A stretch of 64,000 nucleotides of DNA from contig JARFYF010000050.1 of the NCBI GenBank assembly GCA_030265395.1, forward strand, positions 33,407,129-33,471,128, in the 5' to 3' direction. Shown in pieces: positions 51,945-62,994 of the stretch (position 1 is the first letter of the stretch; every line of letters begins with the position of its first letter). The notes under the pieces are model-generated. The model was given only the letters and a program-made list of their open reading frames with translations, did no database searches and was not told the DNA's origin. The DNA comes from Rhina ancylostomus (taxonomy: Eukaryota). The position numbers and the translations under genes were made by a program.

Positions 51945-52398
51945 TAGAACACAAGAACTCTCATTAAGTTGAATAAGTCACCAGGACCGGATGGGATGTA
52001 CCCCAGACTGCTATGGGATGCGAGGGAGGAGATTGTGGAGCCTCTGATGATGATCTTTGCATTATTGATGGAGACGGGAGAGGTTCCAGAAGATTGGAGA
52101 GTTGCGGATGTTGTACCCTTATTCAAGAAAGGGAGTAGAGATAGCCCAGGAAATTATAGACCAGTGGGTCTTACCTCAGTGGTTGGTANNNNNNNNNNNN
52201 NNNNNNNNNNNNNNNNNNNNNNNNNNNNNNNNNNNNNNNNNNNNNNNNNNNNNNNNNNNNNNNNNNNNNNNNNNNNNNNNNNNNNNNNAATAGAGGGCTA
52301 TGGGTAAGCCTAGTAATTTCTAGGGTAGGGACATGTTCGGCACAGCTTTGTGGGCTGAAGGGCCTAAATTGTGCTGTAGGATTTTTCTAGGTTTCTAT
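51945..52398 (+). mobile_element. Young 5'-truncated CR1 LINE collapsed across an assembly gap
   Basis: Intact NKSPGPDGMYPRLLWDAREEIVEPLMMIF...EVPEDWRVADVVPLFKKGSRDSPGNYRPVGLTSVVG before the gap. CR1 tail (tgtgggctgaagggcctaaattgtgctgtagg...tttcta) after it. Confidence 0.9.
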
Positions 52399-53148
52399 AA
52401 ATAGCACCATGGTTTCATAAATGTTCGCCTCGAGGCACCATAGCAATGCTGATACACAAATTTGTACGAAAGAGATTAAAAAAGGCTGCATGCTATCTTC
52501 CCAAAAGATAACATTAAAGCATACTGGCTGTATCTTTGTTCTGCACCCAGCTGCTGTTTGTATCCTCTGGCAGCACCATGGGGATAAAAAGGTCTGAGAC
52601 CCAAACAAATGCATGCACCGCCCCAGGACCGTGGCATGCTGATGTCTGTGGTTTTGCTCTAGGTTTAGGATTCATCAATCCATTCTACTGGGGGAATCTG
52701 CAGGCTTATAGGCAGGAGTCTGAGAAAGTAATAGCTTCTCTGAATGCCAATGACCAGCCACAGAAATAAACAAGCATGGGTTACAAGTACCAAGAATGGT
52801 GGAGGGGTAGGGAGGTGGGGAGCTGGAGAGTGGACTAGAACTCACTGTTTGAAAGGGTGATGGAGGTAGAACCTCTCATTACATTTAACAGGTACCTGGA
52901 AGGTACCTACAAAGAGTAATCTATGGACCACAAGCTAGGAAATGGAAGTAACCTGTATAGCTCCATTTTTTTGACCAGCGTAGACAGGATGGGCCGAACA
53001 ACTTCCTTCTGCACCATAAATGTCTATGATTTTAAGTCAGCATTGCTACTACATTGTCAAAAAAATGAAATTATAATGTGGAAATAAATTATCTGGAGAC
53101 ACACTAAATCTACTTACAGCTCAGCAAACTTGAACATCAGTATCATTG

Positions 53149-53190
53149 TCACCTGCTTTCCACCTTTGTTGAAACTTTCAGAGCTCTGTC
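53149..53190 (-). CDS. TCF20: RAI1/TCF20-like stop-containing exon (whole exon 53118-53190), coding DRALKVSTKVESR*
   Basis: Minus strand catttaccag|GAC acceptor, TGA at 53149-53151, and perfect CT|gtaagt donor 31 nt after the stop. Phase 0 fits KHK. Resembles the TCF20 tail NKTAKGSLSTEQSERG*. Confidence 0.78.
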   Translation of the reverse strand, partial: DRALKVSTKVESR

Positions 53191-53574
53191 CTGGTAAATG
53201 GACACACAATATGGTTACAGTATAGGATAGCAAACAAAGTTTAAAACCTTTCTCCAAAACAACATACTCTTCAGATTCAGACATTAATCTCAGTTTAATT
53301 ACACAAACCAACATTTCCTAAAGGGCAGAATCAGAATGTTTCGACAGCAGACAGCATTAAAGCTAGCAGGCAATAGCTTAACCAATTTGCAAAACACTGG
53401 GAATGTTATACTAAAATCGGAGAATGAATGACTTTGCACACTGTGTCCCTGCGCTGTCCTGATAGAAAAGCATTAATTTATCTTCCAAGAATGGAAGCAT
53501 TAACTTATTTTCCAAGTGGTTTATATTTTGGTATTTTCCTTTGATAACATTGATAAAGATCTGACTTCTCCCAC

Positions 53575-53872
53575 TGATATCTCCCCCCGTCTGACCTGTG
53601 TTTCTCCTGTTCCATCACCACCCTTGACTTGCAATATCATCCCTTTTTGGCAATTAATCTCANNNNNNNNNNNNNNNNNNNNNNNNNNNNNNNNNNNNNN
53701 NNNNNNNNNNNNNNNNNNNNNNNNNNNNNNNNNNNNNNNNNNNNNNNNNNNNNNNNNNNNNNTGGAACACTAACTCTGCTTCTCTTCCCTCAGATGCAGC
53801 CTGACCTGCTAAGTATTTCCGGGATTTTCCATTTTTATTTTAGATTTCTAGTATCTGTAGTCTTTTTTTCTC
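53575..53872 (+). mobile_element. Penelope-like 3' end, partly in a gap
   Basis: taactctgcttctcttccctcagatgcagcctgacctgctaagtatttccgggattttccatttttattttagatttctagtatctgtag. Confidence 0.6.
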
Positions 53873-54079
53873 TTCAAACTGGTTAGCATTACCATAACAC
53901 CTTCCTCTATCAGTAATTTGTTGGGGAGGGAGCAGGGGAGGTGGCAATGACCAGCAGCTGACCTGACCAGGAACCTACTCACTGTGACTGCAAATGCCTG
54001 TTGGATACTGCGCATGCTGCACCAAGGAACTCATTTCCCTATTTTGCAAAGCCACTCCACCACCTATGGGATGTTTCAA

Positions 54080-54645
54080 GAGATAGGATGTCATGTTACA
54101 CTTGTACAAATCGTTAGTTAGGCCGCTCTTGCAGTATTGTGTGCAGTTCTGGTCACCACACTACAGGAAGGATATGCTTACGCTAGAGAGGGTGCAGAAA
54201 AGATTCACAAGGATGTGTTCTGGATTAGAGGGCTTGAGTTATAAGGAGAGACTGGATTGACTGGGTCTGTTTTCCCTGAAGCAAAGGAGATATGATAGAG
54301 GTACATGAACTTGGAAGATAGAGATAGGGTAAATGGCCACCATGATTCCCATGGTAAGGGTGGCTACAACAAGAGGGCATAGCTTTAAGGTGAGAGGGAG
54401 GAGGTTTAAAGGGGATCTGCGGGTTAAATTTTTCACATGGAGTAGTAGGTATCTGGAATGAGCTGCCAGAGGAGGTGGTCGAGGCAGGAACACAAGCAAC
54501 ATTTAAGAGGCTACTTGAATGAGCAGGGCATAGAGGGACAAGGAATTAATGCAGCCAAAGGGGATTAGTATAGCTAGGCAAGATGGTCAGCACAGACGCG
54601 GTGGGCTGAAGGACCTGTTTCTATGCTGTACAACTCAGTGACTTA
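54080..54645 (+). mobile_element. CR1 LINE 3' end
   Basis: LYKSLVRPLLQYCVQFWSPHYRKDMLTLERVQKRFTRM motif and tail gtgggctgaaggacctgtttctatgctgtacaactc. Confidence 0.92.
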
Positions 54646-55458
54646 ATATTTTTACAGTGTCCCTCAGTGGTTGCGGTCGTGATGGTGGATGCTTATTCAC
54701 TTTCAGTGGAGGTGGCTGCAGATGGCATTTGCAAGTGGTCCTTGTCCAGCTGTGGAGTGCAGTCTTGCAATTAGCAGCAGTGACCTGGGCTAGCTGGGCT
54801 GATGGACATCAATGAAGAGACTACTGGAGTGAATGCTGTGGGAGCATGAATGCTGTTAGCCTCAGAAAGGACAGCATTTTTGCACACCACAGAAGAAGGC
54901 ATCAACCATCCTAGTAACCTGCTGGAGGGCAGATTGCTGGAGCAGTGCAGCACCTTCTGAGCCCCTTTGGACAGTGTATCCAGAGCCACAACAGCAGCAG
55001 CACAAACTTTTAAGCTGAGCTGACCTCCCACTGCAGCATCCAGATATCAACTGGTTCTGCAGATACTACAACAAGACCTGAGACATCAGACATTAGGCAC
55101 TGCACCATCATTAGATCTGCCAGTGCTGACAAGGACCTAGCCATCAATTTCAGGCTAGGAAGAATCAGGTCCAAGCTTCAGGCTCCATGCAAAGACATGT
55201 GNNNNNNNNNNNNNNNNNNNNNNNNNNNNNNNNNNNNNNNNNNNNNNNNNNNNNNNNNNNNNNNNNNNNNNNNNNNNNNNNNNNNNNNNNNNNNNNNNNN
55301 NNNNNNNNNNNNNNNNNNNNNNNNNNNNNNNNNNNNNNNNNNNNNNNNNNNNNNNNNNNNNNNNTGGGAGAGATCCACATGCCTAATGACTCACCAAGTG
55401 CAGATCTCAGCTCTAAGCTATTTTTCCATGTATCCATAAAATACTGGGATCCAAGCTG

Positions 55459-55686
55459 AGACACAAGAGATTCTGCAGATGCTGGAATCTGAAGCAAAAC
55501 ACACAAATGCTGGAGGAACTCAGCAGATCAGGCAGCATCTATAGATGGAAATAACAGTCAACATTTCGGATTCAGACCCTTCATCAGTCCTGATTTCAGG
55601 TCTCGACCCAAAACACCAACTGTTTATTTCCTTCCATAGATGCTGCCTGACCTGCTGAGTTCCTCCAGCATTCTGTGTGTGTTTCT
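55459..55686. mobile_element. 228-bp hairpin Penelope-derived element with two inverted hammerhead cores and a 15-bp target-site duplication
   Basis: Arms of about 55501-55587 and 55590-55680 are reverse complements. Flanking direct repeats are CTGGGATCCAAGCTG (55444-55458) and CTGGGATCTAAGCTG (55687-55701). Confidence 0.85.
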
Positions 55687-57057
55687 CTGGGATCTAAGCT
55701 GTGCATTTGTGTGCCTGATGGAGTATTGAGGTATCTTATTCTTGAGGTTCATTAGCCATAGACTCGGCAATTGTTGTTTACAACGGTGCAGTTAGATGAG
55801 AGAAAACAGACAGATATGAAACGTACCGATGGCTTAAACCATCAGCATGTTGTAAAACAGATATTGAAGGATGAGGAGTGGAAAGTAGGAAGGAGTATTA
55901 GATACAAGCATACCACCTTCAAGGATCGTTAATTTAGAGTGGCAGATGACCCCCAGTGAATGCAAGCATCCCATCCTGAGTAAGTCTAAACCATAGCTTC
56001 CCACCATCTGTTATCCAGGTGGCAGGTGCATGCCACCTCTTTCTGCAAAAGGGAGGGAATAGTGTTAGTGATTGTGTTGCAATGCCTCGGCCAATGGCCA
56101 TAAACCTGGAAGCGTAAACTACGAGATGCAACTAATACAAGTGCTGTAGTAATGGTCAGAGTGTACAGGACCTATTGCTATTAGAAAGAAGTGATAAATG
56201 CTTGAGACTGTAGTTAGATGACTAATGGAGCGGTAGTACATGAGACAGTGAGTGAGTGAACTTGTGGGCTATGGGATTTTGTTGATATGCTCCTGGACCT
56301 TGACCCCATGTTTGCAATCTTAGGCTTTCCCTTATAATAGAAACAGATCCCAGGACATCACATTCTCCTCTTAGTTGCATTTAACTCTAAGCTCTGTAGC
56401 TGCCTGGATGTTCAAGCAAGACAACATCTTTGTCTTTTGTCTTCCTCTTCCACCCAGAATTTCAAAGTCCAAACTGGTGAAACAGGGTATCTGCTCCCAT
56501 TTCTGTGCTGCTAATCATGCCAACAATGCTCACAAAGCTGCACAATGACTTCCAGCAGTGGGTGGTGTCAATGATTACCTTTCCTTTACGAGGTGGAGGC
56601 ACAATATTAATTAGCAGACATTAGTTTCAGCTCATGAAATAACTGATGTGTGCACAATACAAAAATGGTTATGACCAGCAACGATTAAGCTGTTGATTCC
56701 TTCACAGGATATGAACAGACAAAAATGGCATTAGAATAATTCGGTGCAGATATCCTGCACAGCGACATTTTGGCATTTATCTTCATGGATAATTCCTTGG
56801 ATGCGGTGTCCAATTTCCCACTGAATGATTACGTTTTGACCCAATAAACTAACAATTTGCATGGTGTAACCCACCCAACAGATCTCCCTAATGGACAGTA
56901 AAAAATCTTCTGTCACCAACCACTGTCACAAGAGTTATCTTTATCCTACACAATCTGTCTGGATTCAGTTGAAAGAAAAAACATATATGAAAAGCAAATA
57001 TAAAAACAAATAATGAATAACTTATGGTGAAAGATGAAGTATGTACTCATGCCATAC

Positions 57058-57107
57058 CTTATGTTTTGCACATTTCATTGAGAAATTATCTTCATTTAGG
57101 GAACATT
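57058..57107 (-). CDS. TCF20: RAI1/TCF20-like 50-nt exon ((K)CSLNEDNFSMKCAKHK), end of the extended PHD finger
   Basis: Minus strand ctctattacag|AA acceptor and AAG|gtatgg donor, phase 1/0. Matches RAI1 CIFIEENFSLKCPKHK and TCF20 CLLHEENFSVRCPKHK. Which paralog this is remains unresolved. Confidence 0.92.
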
Positions 57108-57435
57108 CTGTAATAGAGCAAATGAAGATTAACCAATATCCTTCACATCTAAAGATACATTTATACAGCAGACATCAAATCCGACACAATTAACAAAGAC
57201 TCAGAGCATAGCCTAATTGGTTGTGGACAAGAATCACTGCTCCACTACTGTGTACAATAATTCCAAGCCCTTACACTGCAAGTACAATATATATAATCTT
57301 CGTAATTTTTAAAAGTAATTTTCCAGTTTCCCACATTAATTAATTAATACCCATGAATTCAGCTAAAGCTCTTTCAAAGAGCTGACAAAGACACAACAGG
57401 CTGAGGCATCCTTTTGCACTACAAGAATCTATGTT

Positions 57436-57530
57436 TCTGATGGAGGGTCCTCAGCCTGCAACAATGACTGTTTATCTCTCCATAGATGCTGCCCAACATT
57501 CTGAATACCCGCAGTATTTTATACTTCTAT
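57436..57530 (+). mobile_element. Penelope-like end with a degenerate hammerhead core
   Basis: CTGATGG-AGGGTCCTCAGCCT-GCAA-CAAT-GACTG followed by tctctccatagatgctgccc. Confidence 0.55.
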
Positions 57531-58901
57531 TATCTAATTCTATAATCTTGAATGAACAGTAAGGGACAACTAGAATTGCTTTCCATAGCACTAAGTATTG
57601 TGTCAGAATTGCACTACAAGGAGAAGGGAATCTACATAAATGTGAGTTGTCCTTTCTGATTTAAATGACCTATCATTGTTGGTTTTAGTGCTCCCCTTAA
57701 CTTGTTATGTGATGCTCAGTGTGAGAAGACAATTAAAAGACTTTCCTCCATAAACTGCTGGCCATCGTGTGTCTCTACTGCTCATTATAACAAATGATTT
57801 TAGTGCTTTAATGAGATGTGCTGACCTGTTGTGCTTTAGCTCCTCTCTTAACAGAAGGAAAACGGCAAAAGCACCATGGTTTTTCTTAACACTAAGTCTT
57901 CAGCACATCAAGGTCAATAGCAGGATAATGGATACATCAACTAATGCATCAAATTCTGTATTGGCTGACAGCTTCCATTAACTATTCACTGGCCTACTGG
58001 GACAAGGCATAGCCTTTCGTGACAGGTCCAAGCTTTCTGATGGTGCTTTAATTGCTTTTTTCTTTGCCAGAGAAGAGAATTCCACCCTACCCCCTACCTT
58101 TGGCCTTTCTATTCTAATAATACAAACCCCCCTCTCAAAAAAGATGATCTATTTATGCTCTTAATTAAAAATATATTTTATCAGTGATGCCACTGAGATC
58201 TTAGTACAATATAAGTGTGAAATTTTCATATTTTGCTTACAACAGCCAGCTGAACAACTGCAAAATCCTGCTCCTCCAAAGCAGGACTGTGACTGATAAG
58301 AAAATTTTGAGCTAGAGAACTCTTGAGTGAAGTAATGGCTGTTCATTGCTAATGGGGAGATAAAGGAGCAGCACCACCAATTGCACAGTATGAAAATACA
58401 TTAACTCAAGTACAATTTTACTTGAAGGATATTCATTTCAATACATTAAACAAGGCAGCAATGACCCAGTACTTCTAACTAGTATTAAACACCTGAATGG
58501 ACTTTAGCAAATATTAGCTCAGCTCTGCATCACTTTCACAGTTATATCAAATTTAACCTGAACATTGTTTAAAACGATGGCATAAATTATAAACTGCCCA
58601 TTTGTTAATTTGAATTACACTAAATTCAGTTTTAATACACGTGTTTAATCTAGATTTCTGGATAATTTAAATTTGTGCAAAAAATCCTTCAAATGATCTG
58701 AATAATGTCCACTCAGATTTAATTGGGTTATTACTTTTATTGGACTGGTATAATGACTGGTATTATGTGTCCTTTTAAATGCAGAAAGCATGACCACAGT
58801 GAAGTACATTATTTGCTGAGAACATGGTTGCAAACCTGATTATGCATCAAAAAGCACTAACTTTTATCTTTATAATTAAAAATAACTGAAGAGATACTTA
58901 C

Positions 58902-58995
58902 TACTATCTACAGCACAGGCATAGTGGTACTTAAGAGGGCAGCCTTTAATGTAGCAGCCTAAAGTGGCACCAGTCTTCTGACACATGGAACAGAA
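58902..58995 (-). CDS. TCF20: RAI1/TCF20-like 94-nt exon ([31 protein letters not shown]), extended PHD zinc finger
   Basis: Minus strand tggtttctacag|TTC acceptor and A|gtaagt donor, phase 0/1. CxxC-GATLGC-xxxGC-xxxYHYxCA is the RAI1/TCF20 ePHD pattern. The large upstream exon was not found and probably lies beyond 64000. Confidence 0.93.
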
Positions 58996-60554
58996 CTGTA
59001 GAAACCAGATCACAGATCAGAAAAATATTTACAAAATAGAAACAAGGCAGGTAAACTATTATAGGGCAGCACAAGTAGATTTTGCATTTTCAGGTGTAGT
59101 ACTCTTTTGAAAGCTAATGAAGAAGTGCAGTAGAGTTTGTTTAAATGTTTGAATCATTCAACACCATATCTGATGCTTAAGTCCCTGTTCTCCCAATTAT
59201 CTTTCTAATTTTAGCTATTACTTCATCCAAATGAGAAAGTTCCAGAAAATGATGCAAGTTGTACGAATTGTTCAGCAGATGCAACTCTTTTCAAACTGCC
59301 TGCACCTCATGATGAAACGATAAATATACCGAAACACGGCCAAAGGAGAAATGCATAAGTTAGGAAAGCAATTTTGGAAAGTAAACAGTTCTGTTGAACT
59401 CTGCACAATTTATTCTTCTTTATTTGACCCTGTAATTGTCTGTGACTATCNNNNNNNNNNNNNNNNNNNNNNNNNNNNNNNNNNNNNNNNNNGGGATGCT
59501 AAGAAGAATGTGGAAATCCTGAGGTTGCTGACAGTGAATCAGGCCTAAAGTATCTATGAAATGGTCTCCCTGTAAAATACCGAAAAATATTACATTTTAT
59601 TCCATGAAAATCGAGTTTCTAACAGAGTACTAAGCCATAACTATTGCATAATAAATTCCTTGGACTTAAGATATTATTTATGTATATGCATTTCACATAA
59701 AATGTCACTATAATAGATTTAAGAATAAAGATGTTTATAATTCTGCTTCTACCTTAATTATGTGTATGTGTTCATCTTATTTAGCACTCATACATATGTA
59801 AAGTTCTCTAGAAACTCTGCTGTTTGCTTCCTGATTAGCTATCTGTTAGAATTCCTCAATGTCACTAACTGCTCAGCTTGTTTGACAGCATTCAGCTGCT
59901 ATTTGCCAAGGATAATTCTGAATCGACAGCTAACAGCATGTGAAGTTTAAAAAAAGGGAAAGTCCATGCTACTGAGATTACTAGACCTTTGTGGGCACTG
60001 TCAATAGCCACAAATTTCCGGACAGTGTTTTGTAATACTTCAGCATCACCTCACGTTGTAGCCATCCGCTATATACAACCACTCTGCCAAGACAACAATC
60101 ACCTTGTCAATCCAATGGACATGTTACATCAGGTCTTTGGGTGAGTGACATTTATTATGTGTTCAGAATATTGAAATCAATTATTTAAACCAAATTCTCA
60201 AATCACATCACAGTTTAATTTCCTTTCCATTTCCCCTCAGTTTCTCATATATTAGATGATTCTCTGATTTACATTTTGGTTGCTTAGTAAGACTTGTCTG
60301 TGAGTAACAAGATTCAGTTCTCCAATTATTAAAGCATCATGGCTCCTGTATTACTGCAAACCGACCAAGTTTGTTCTGTGAGAAGACTATCAGAGGAATA
60401 TATTTGGCAAGAACTTAATAACATTTTCTTGAAATACTAGTATCCGCAGTGAAAAATAAAGAAATCTTCAACAAGTAGGCAAGAAAAAACATTCCGCCAA
60501 GTTTAGATTTAAAGAACAAAATCCTATTCCCACCCAGCTTTGTGTTTTCAGTCA

Positions 60555-61860
60555 CCTTTGAAATATTACATTCAGTTCCTTCATCCAAATCATTGATGTA
60601 TATTGTGAATAGCTAGGGTCCCAAGCACAGACCCCTGCAGTAGCCCACTAATCACCACCTACCATCCTGAGAACCATTTATTCCTACTGTTGTTTCCTAC
60701 CTGTCAAGCAATTTTCAATCCACACCAGTATATTAGCCACAATTCTACATGTTTTAATTCTGCACACTAACCTCTTACATGGAGTTTATCAAGTGCTCTG
60801 AACATCCATATGTACCACACACACTAGTTCTCCTTTATCTGCTCTATTAATTACATCCTGAAAAAACTCCAGTCAAATACAATTTCTCTTTCATAAATCC
60901 ATGTTGGCTTTGTTTAATCCCATTGCTATTTTATATCAAACCTTTATATTAGACTCTAGCATTTTCTATTAGGTTAGACTTACTAGTCTGTAGATCTCAG
61001 TTTTCTCTCTCCTTGCTTTGCTAAATAATAACGCTGCATCAGCTACCCTCCATTCTGCCGCTCCCATTCCATAATCAGTAGAATTTCAGATGATGACAAA
61101 TGCATCCACCATTGTCATGGCTACTTCTGGCATATAAGTTATCAAAGGATTTGTGGCTTTCAGTCCAATTAATTTCTCCAGCACTAGTTACTCATTCTAA
61201 TTTTAATTCCTCCTTTTCATTAGAATCTTGATTCCCATGCATTTCGAGGAAGCTATTTTATCCACTTCTGTGAAGACAGAAACAACGTATTTGTTTAAGA
61301 CATTTCTTTATTTCTTAATTCCCTGTTACAAATTCTCCCATTTGACTTTATTATTTTTTAAAAATACATACTTGTAAAAGAATTTACTTGTATCTTCCAT
61401 GCAAGATTACTCTAATACTCCATTTTTGCTCTCCTAACCAATCTCTTGCGAAGACCAAACTGCCCCCAATCCTCAAGCTGGATATTTTTTCTGGCAACTT
61501 TTTACATGTTCAGTTGCAGTGAACACAATCCTCAACTTTTTTATTTAAGGAATGATTAAGATGCTTTTCCTTTTGTATTTTGTGTGTTAAGAAAGAAATA
61601 CATAATTGTTGCAGTGATTGATTTGTTCTTTAAATGTCAGCCTTGCCTGTCCATTATCAAGCCTTTCAATAAACCACCCCAGTTTTTCCATAGCAATTCA
61701 GACCTTCATAGTTTTCTTTGTTAAGGGTTAGAATCCTAGTTTTGGATTAAGTTATTTTCATGAAAAATTATTTTATGTTTTTGTCACTCTTCCCTAATGA
61801 ACCCTCTGCAACAATCAACTAATCCCTCCCATTGCCAATGCCCGAGTTGTCTCCTCAACG
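60555..61860 (-). mobile_element. Eroded CR1 ORF2 fragment (reverse)
   Basis: ttcatccaaatcattgatgtatattgtgaatagctagggtcccaagcacagacccctgcagtagcccact is the reverse of the GVPQGSVLGP.LFTIYINDLD RT region. Confidence 0.75.
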
Positions 61861-62144
61861 TACAAAAAGACCCTGACCCATGAGGGTGCTGCTGCCAGAG
61901 ATTCTCGACAGAGTCACTAGCAAAAAGCAAATAAATACATTTAGGTTATGCTAGAAGTGGAAGATTGGATATGAACAAAATAAGCAGCCAAATTTCATTT
62001 GTCTGCTGATGAATGATGTACATTCTGAGTAATTATACTGTTAATTTAGTGGGCTGCTTTATAGGGCAGGATTTGTCGAGTAGAAATTTGTTTACTCTTT
62101 CCTCAAGTCAATGCAAGTCTTCCTGTTCTACTCACTTATCTTTT

Positions 62145-62805
62145 TTCATACAGGAAAGGAAAAAAGGAGAGAGATTTCCACTAACATTGTGCCTTCCACT
62201 GCTTCAGATATCCCAAAACACTTTACAGCCAATTAAGTACTTTCGAAGCATGGTCACTGTTATTAACCCACAGTGACACAACAGCAATGTAATAATAATA
62301 TAATCTGAGACATGAGATTCTGCAGATGCTAGAATTTCGAGCAACACTCACAAAAAGTGCTGGGGGAACTCAGCAGGTCAGGCAGCATCTATGGAGTCGA
62401 CATTTACTATAAACAGTCGACATTTTGGGTCGAGCCCCTTCATCAGGACTGGAATGGAAGAGGGCAGAAGAGTAAGAAGGTCGGGGAGGGGAAGAAGCCA
62501 ATGCAGGTAAGTGATAGGTGAATTCAGGTGATAGGCACGTCCAGGTGAGAGGGGAAGGTAGGAGGGTGGGGGAGGGGAAGATTTAATGATCATGACTGAA
62601 GGACAAATAGTGGCCAAGATTATACAGTAAATGCCTGTTTGTGATTGAACAGATGCCCTGCAGGACTGGTAAAGCTGCACCACTGATAATGCAGCACTCC
62701 CTCCCTCTGCACTGAAATGTCAGTCTGGATACTTTGTGCTTGTCTCTGGAGCCCAAGCTGCAACCTCGTGAGAGGTGAGAGGGCTAACAAAGGCTGACTG
62801 ACACT
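62145..62805 (-). mobile_element. Deu-domain (SacSINE-like) SINE split by a Penelope-like insertion
   Basis: Tail atcccaaaacactttacagccaattaagtactttcgaagcatggtcactgtt (62210-62262), and Deu/head portion gataatgcagcactccctccctctgcactgaaatgtcagtctggat...gagaggtgagagggctaac (62685-62790). Confidence 0.6.
62307..62585 (-). mobile_element. Penelope-like element end carrying a near-complete minimal hammerhead motif (62414-62451)
   Basis: Minus strand CAGTC-CTGATGA-AGGGGCTCGACCC-AAAA-TGTC-GACTG. Same terminal sequence as the 55459 element, plus a purine-rich internal stretch. Confidence 0.8.
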
Positions 62806-62994
62806 TAGCCCCTGTAATTTACCTTTCAGTTCCATTCAAATCTCTTCAATGTTCTTGTATATCATGAATTTGACACTTATTCATAAGCCTTTCAGTTCCC
62901 ACTTCATCTCATCGGATGAGCATCCCATCTAGGTACTATACTACATAACTGAGACCCCCAGGGCAATGACACTGAAGTATTCTTATAAAAAAGT

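Noticed and set aside
53114-53314. ORF-track frame GQSSESFNKGGKQVTMILMFKFAEL for the 73-nt exon
   Set aside because: The upstream exon ends in phase 0, so the used frame is DRALKVSTKVESR*.
54660-55060. GC-richer stretch with short Cys-rich minus-strand ORFs
   Set aside because: No coherent splice sites or recognisable domain. It is more likely an unclassified old repeat.
55459-55686. DNA-transposon MITE or microRNA precursor
   Set aside because: The 15-bp duplication, asymmetric ends, and solo arms joined to longer internal sequence (62307-62585) fit a Penelope-like retroelement better. The hairpin is repeat-derived.
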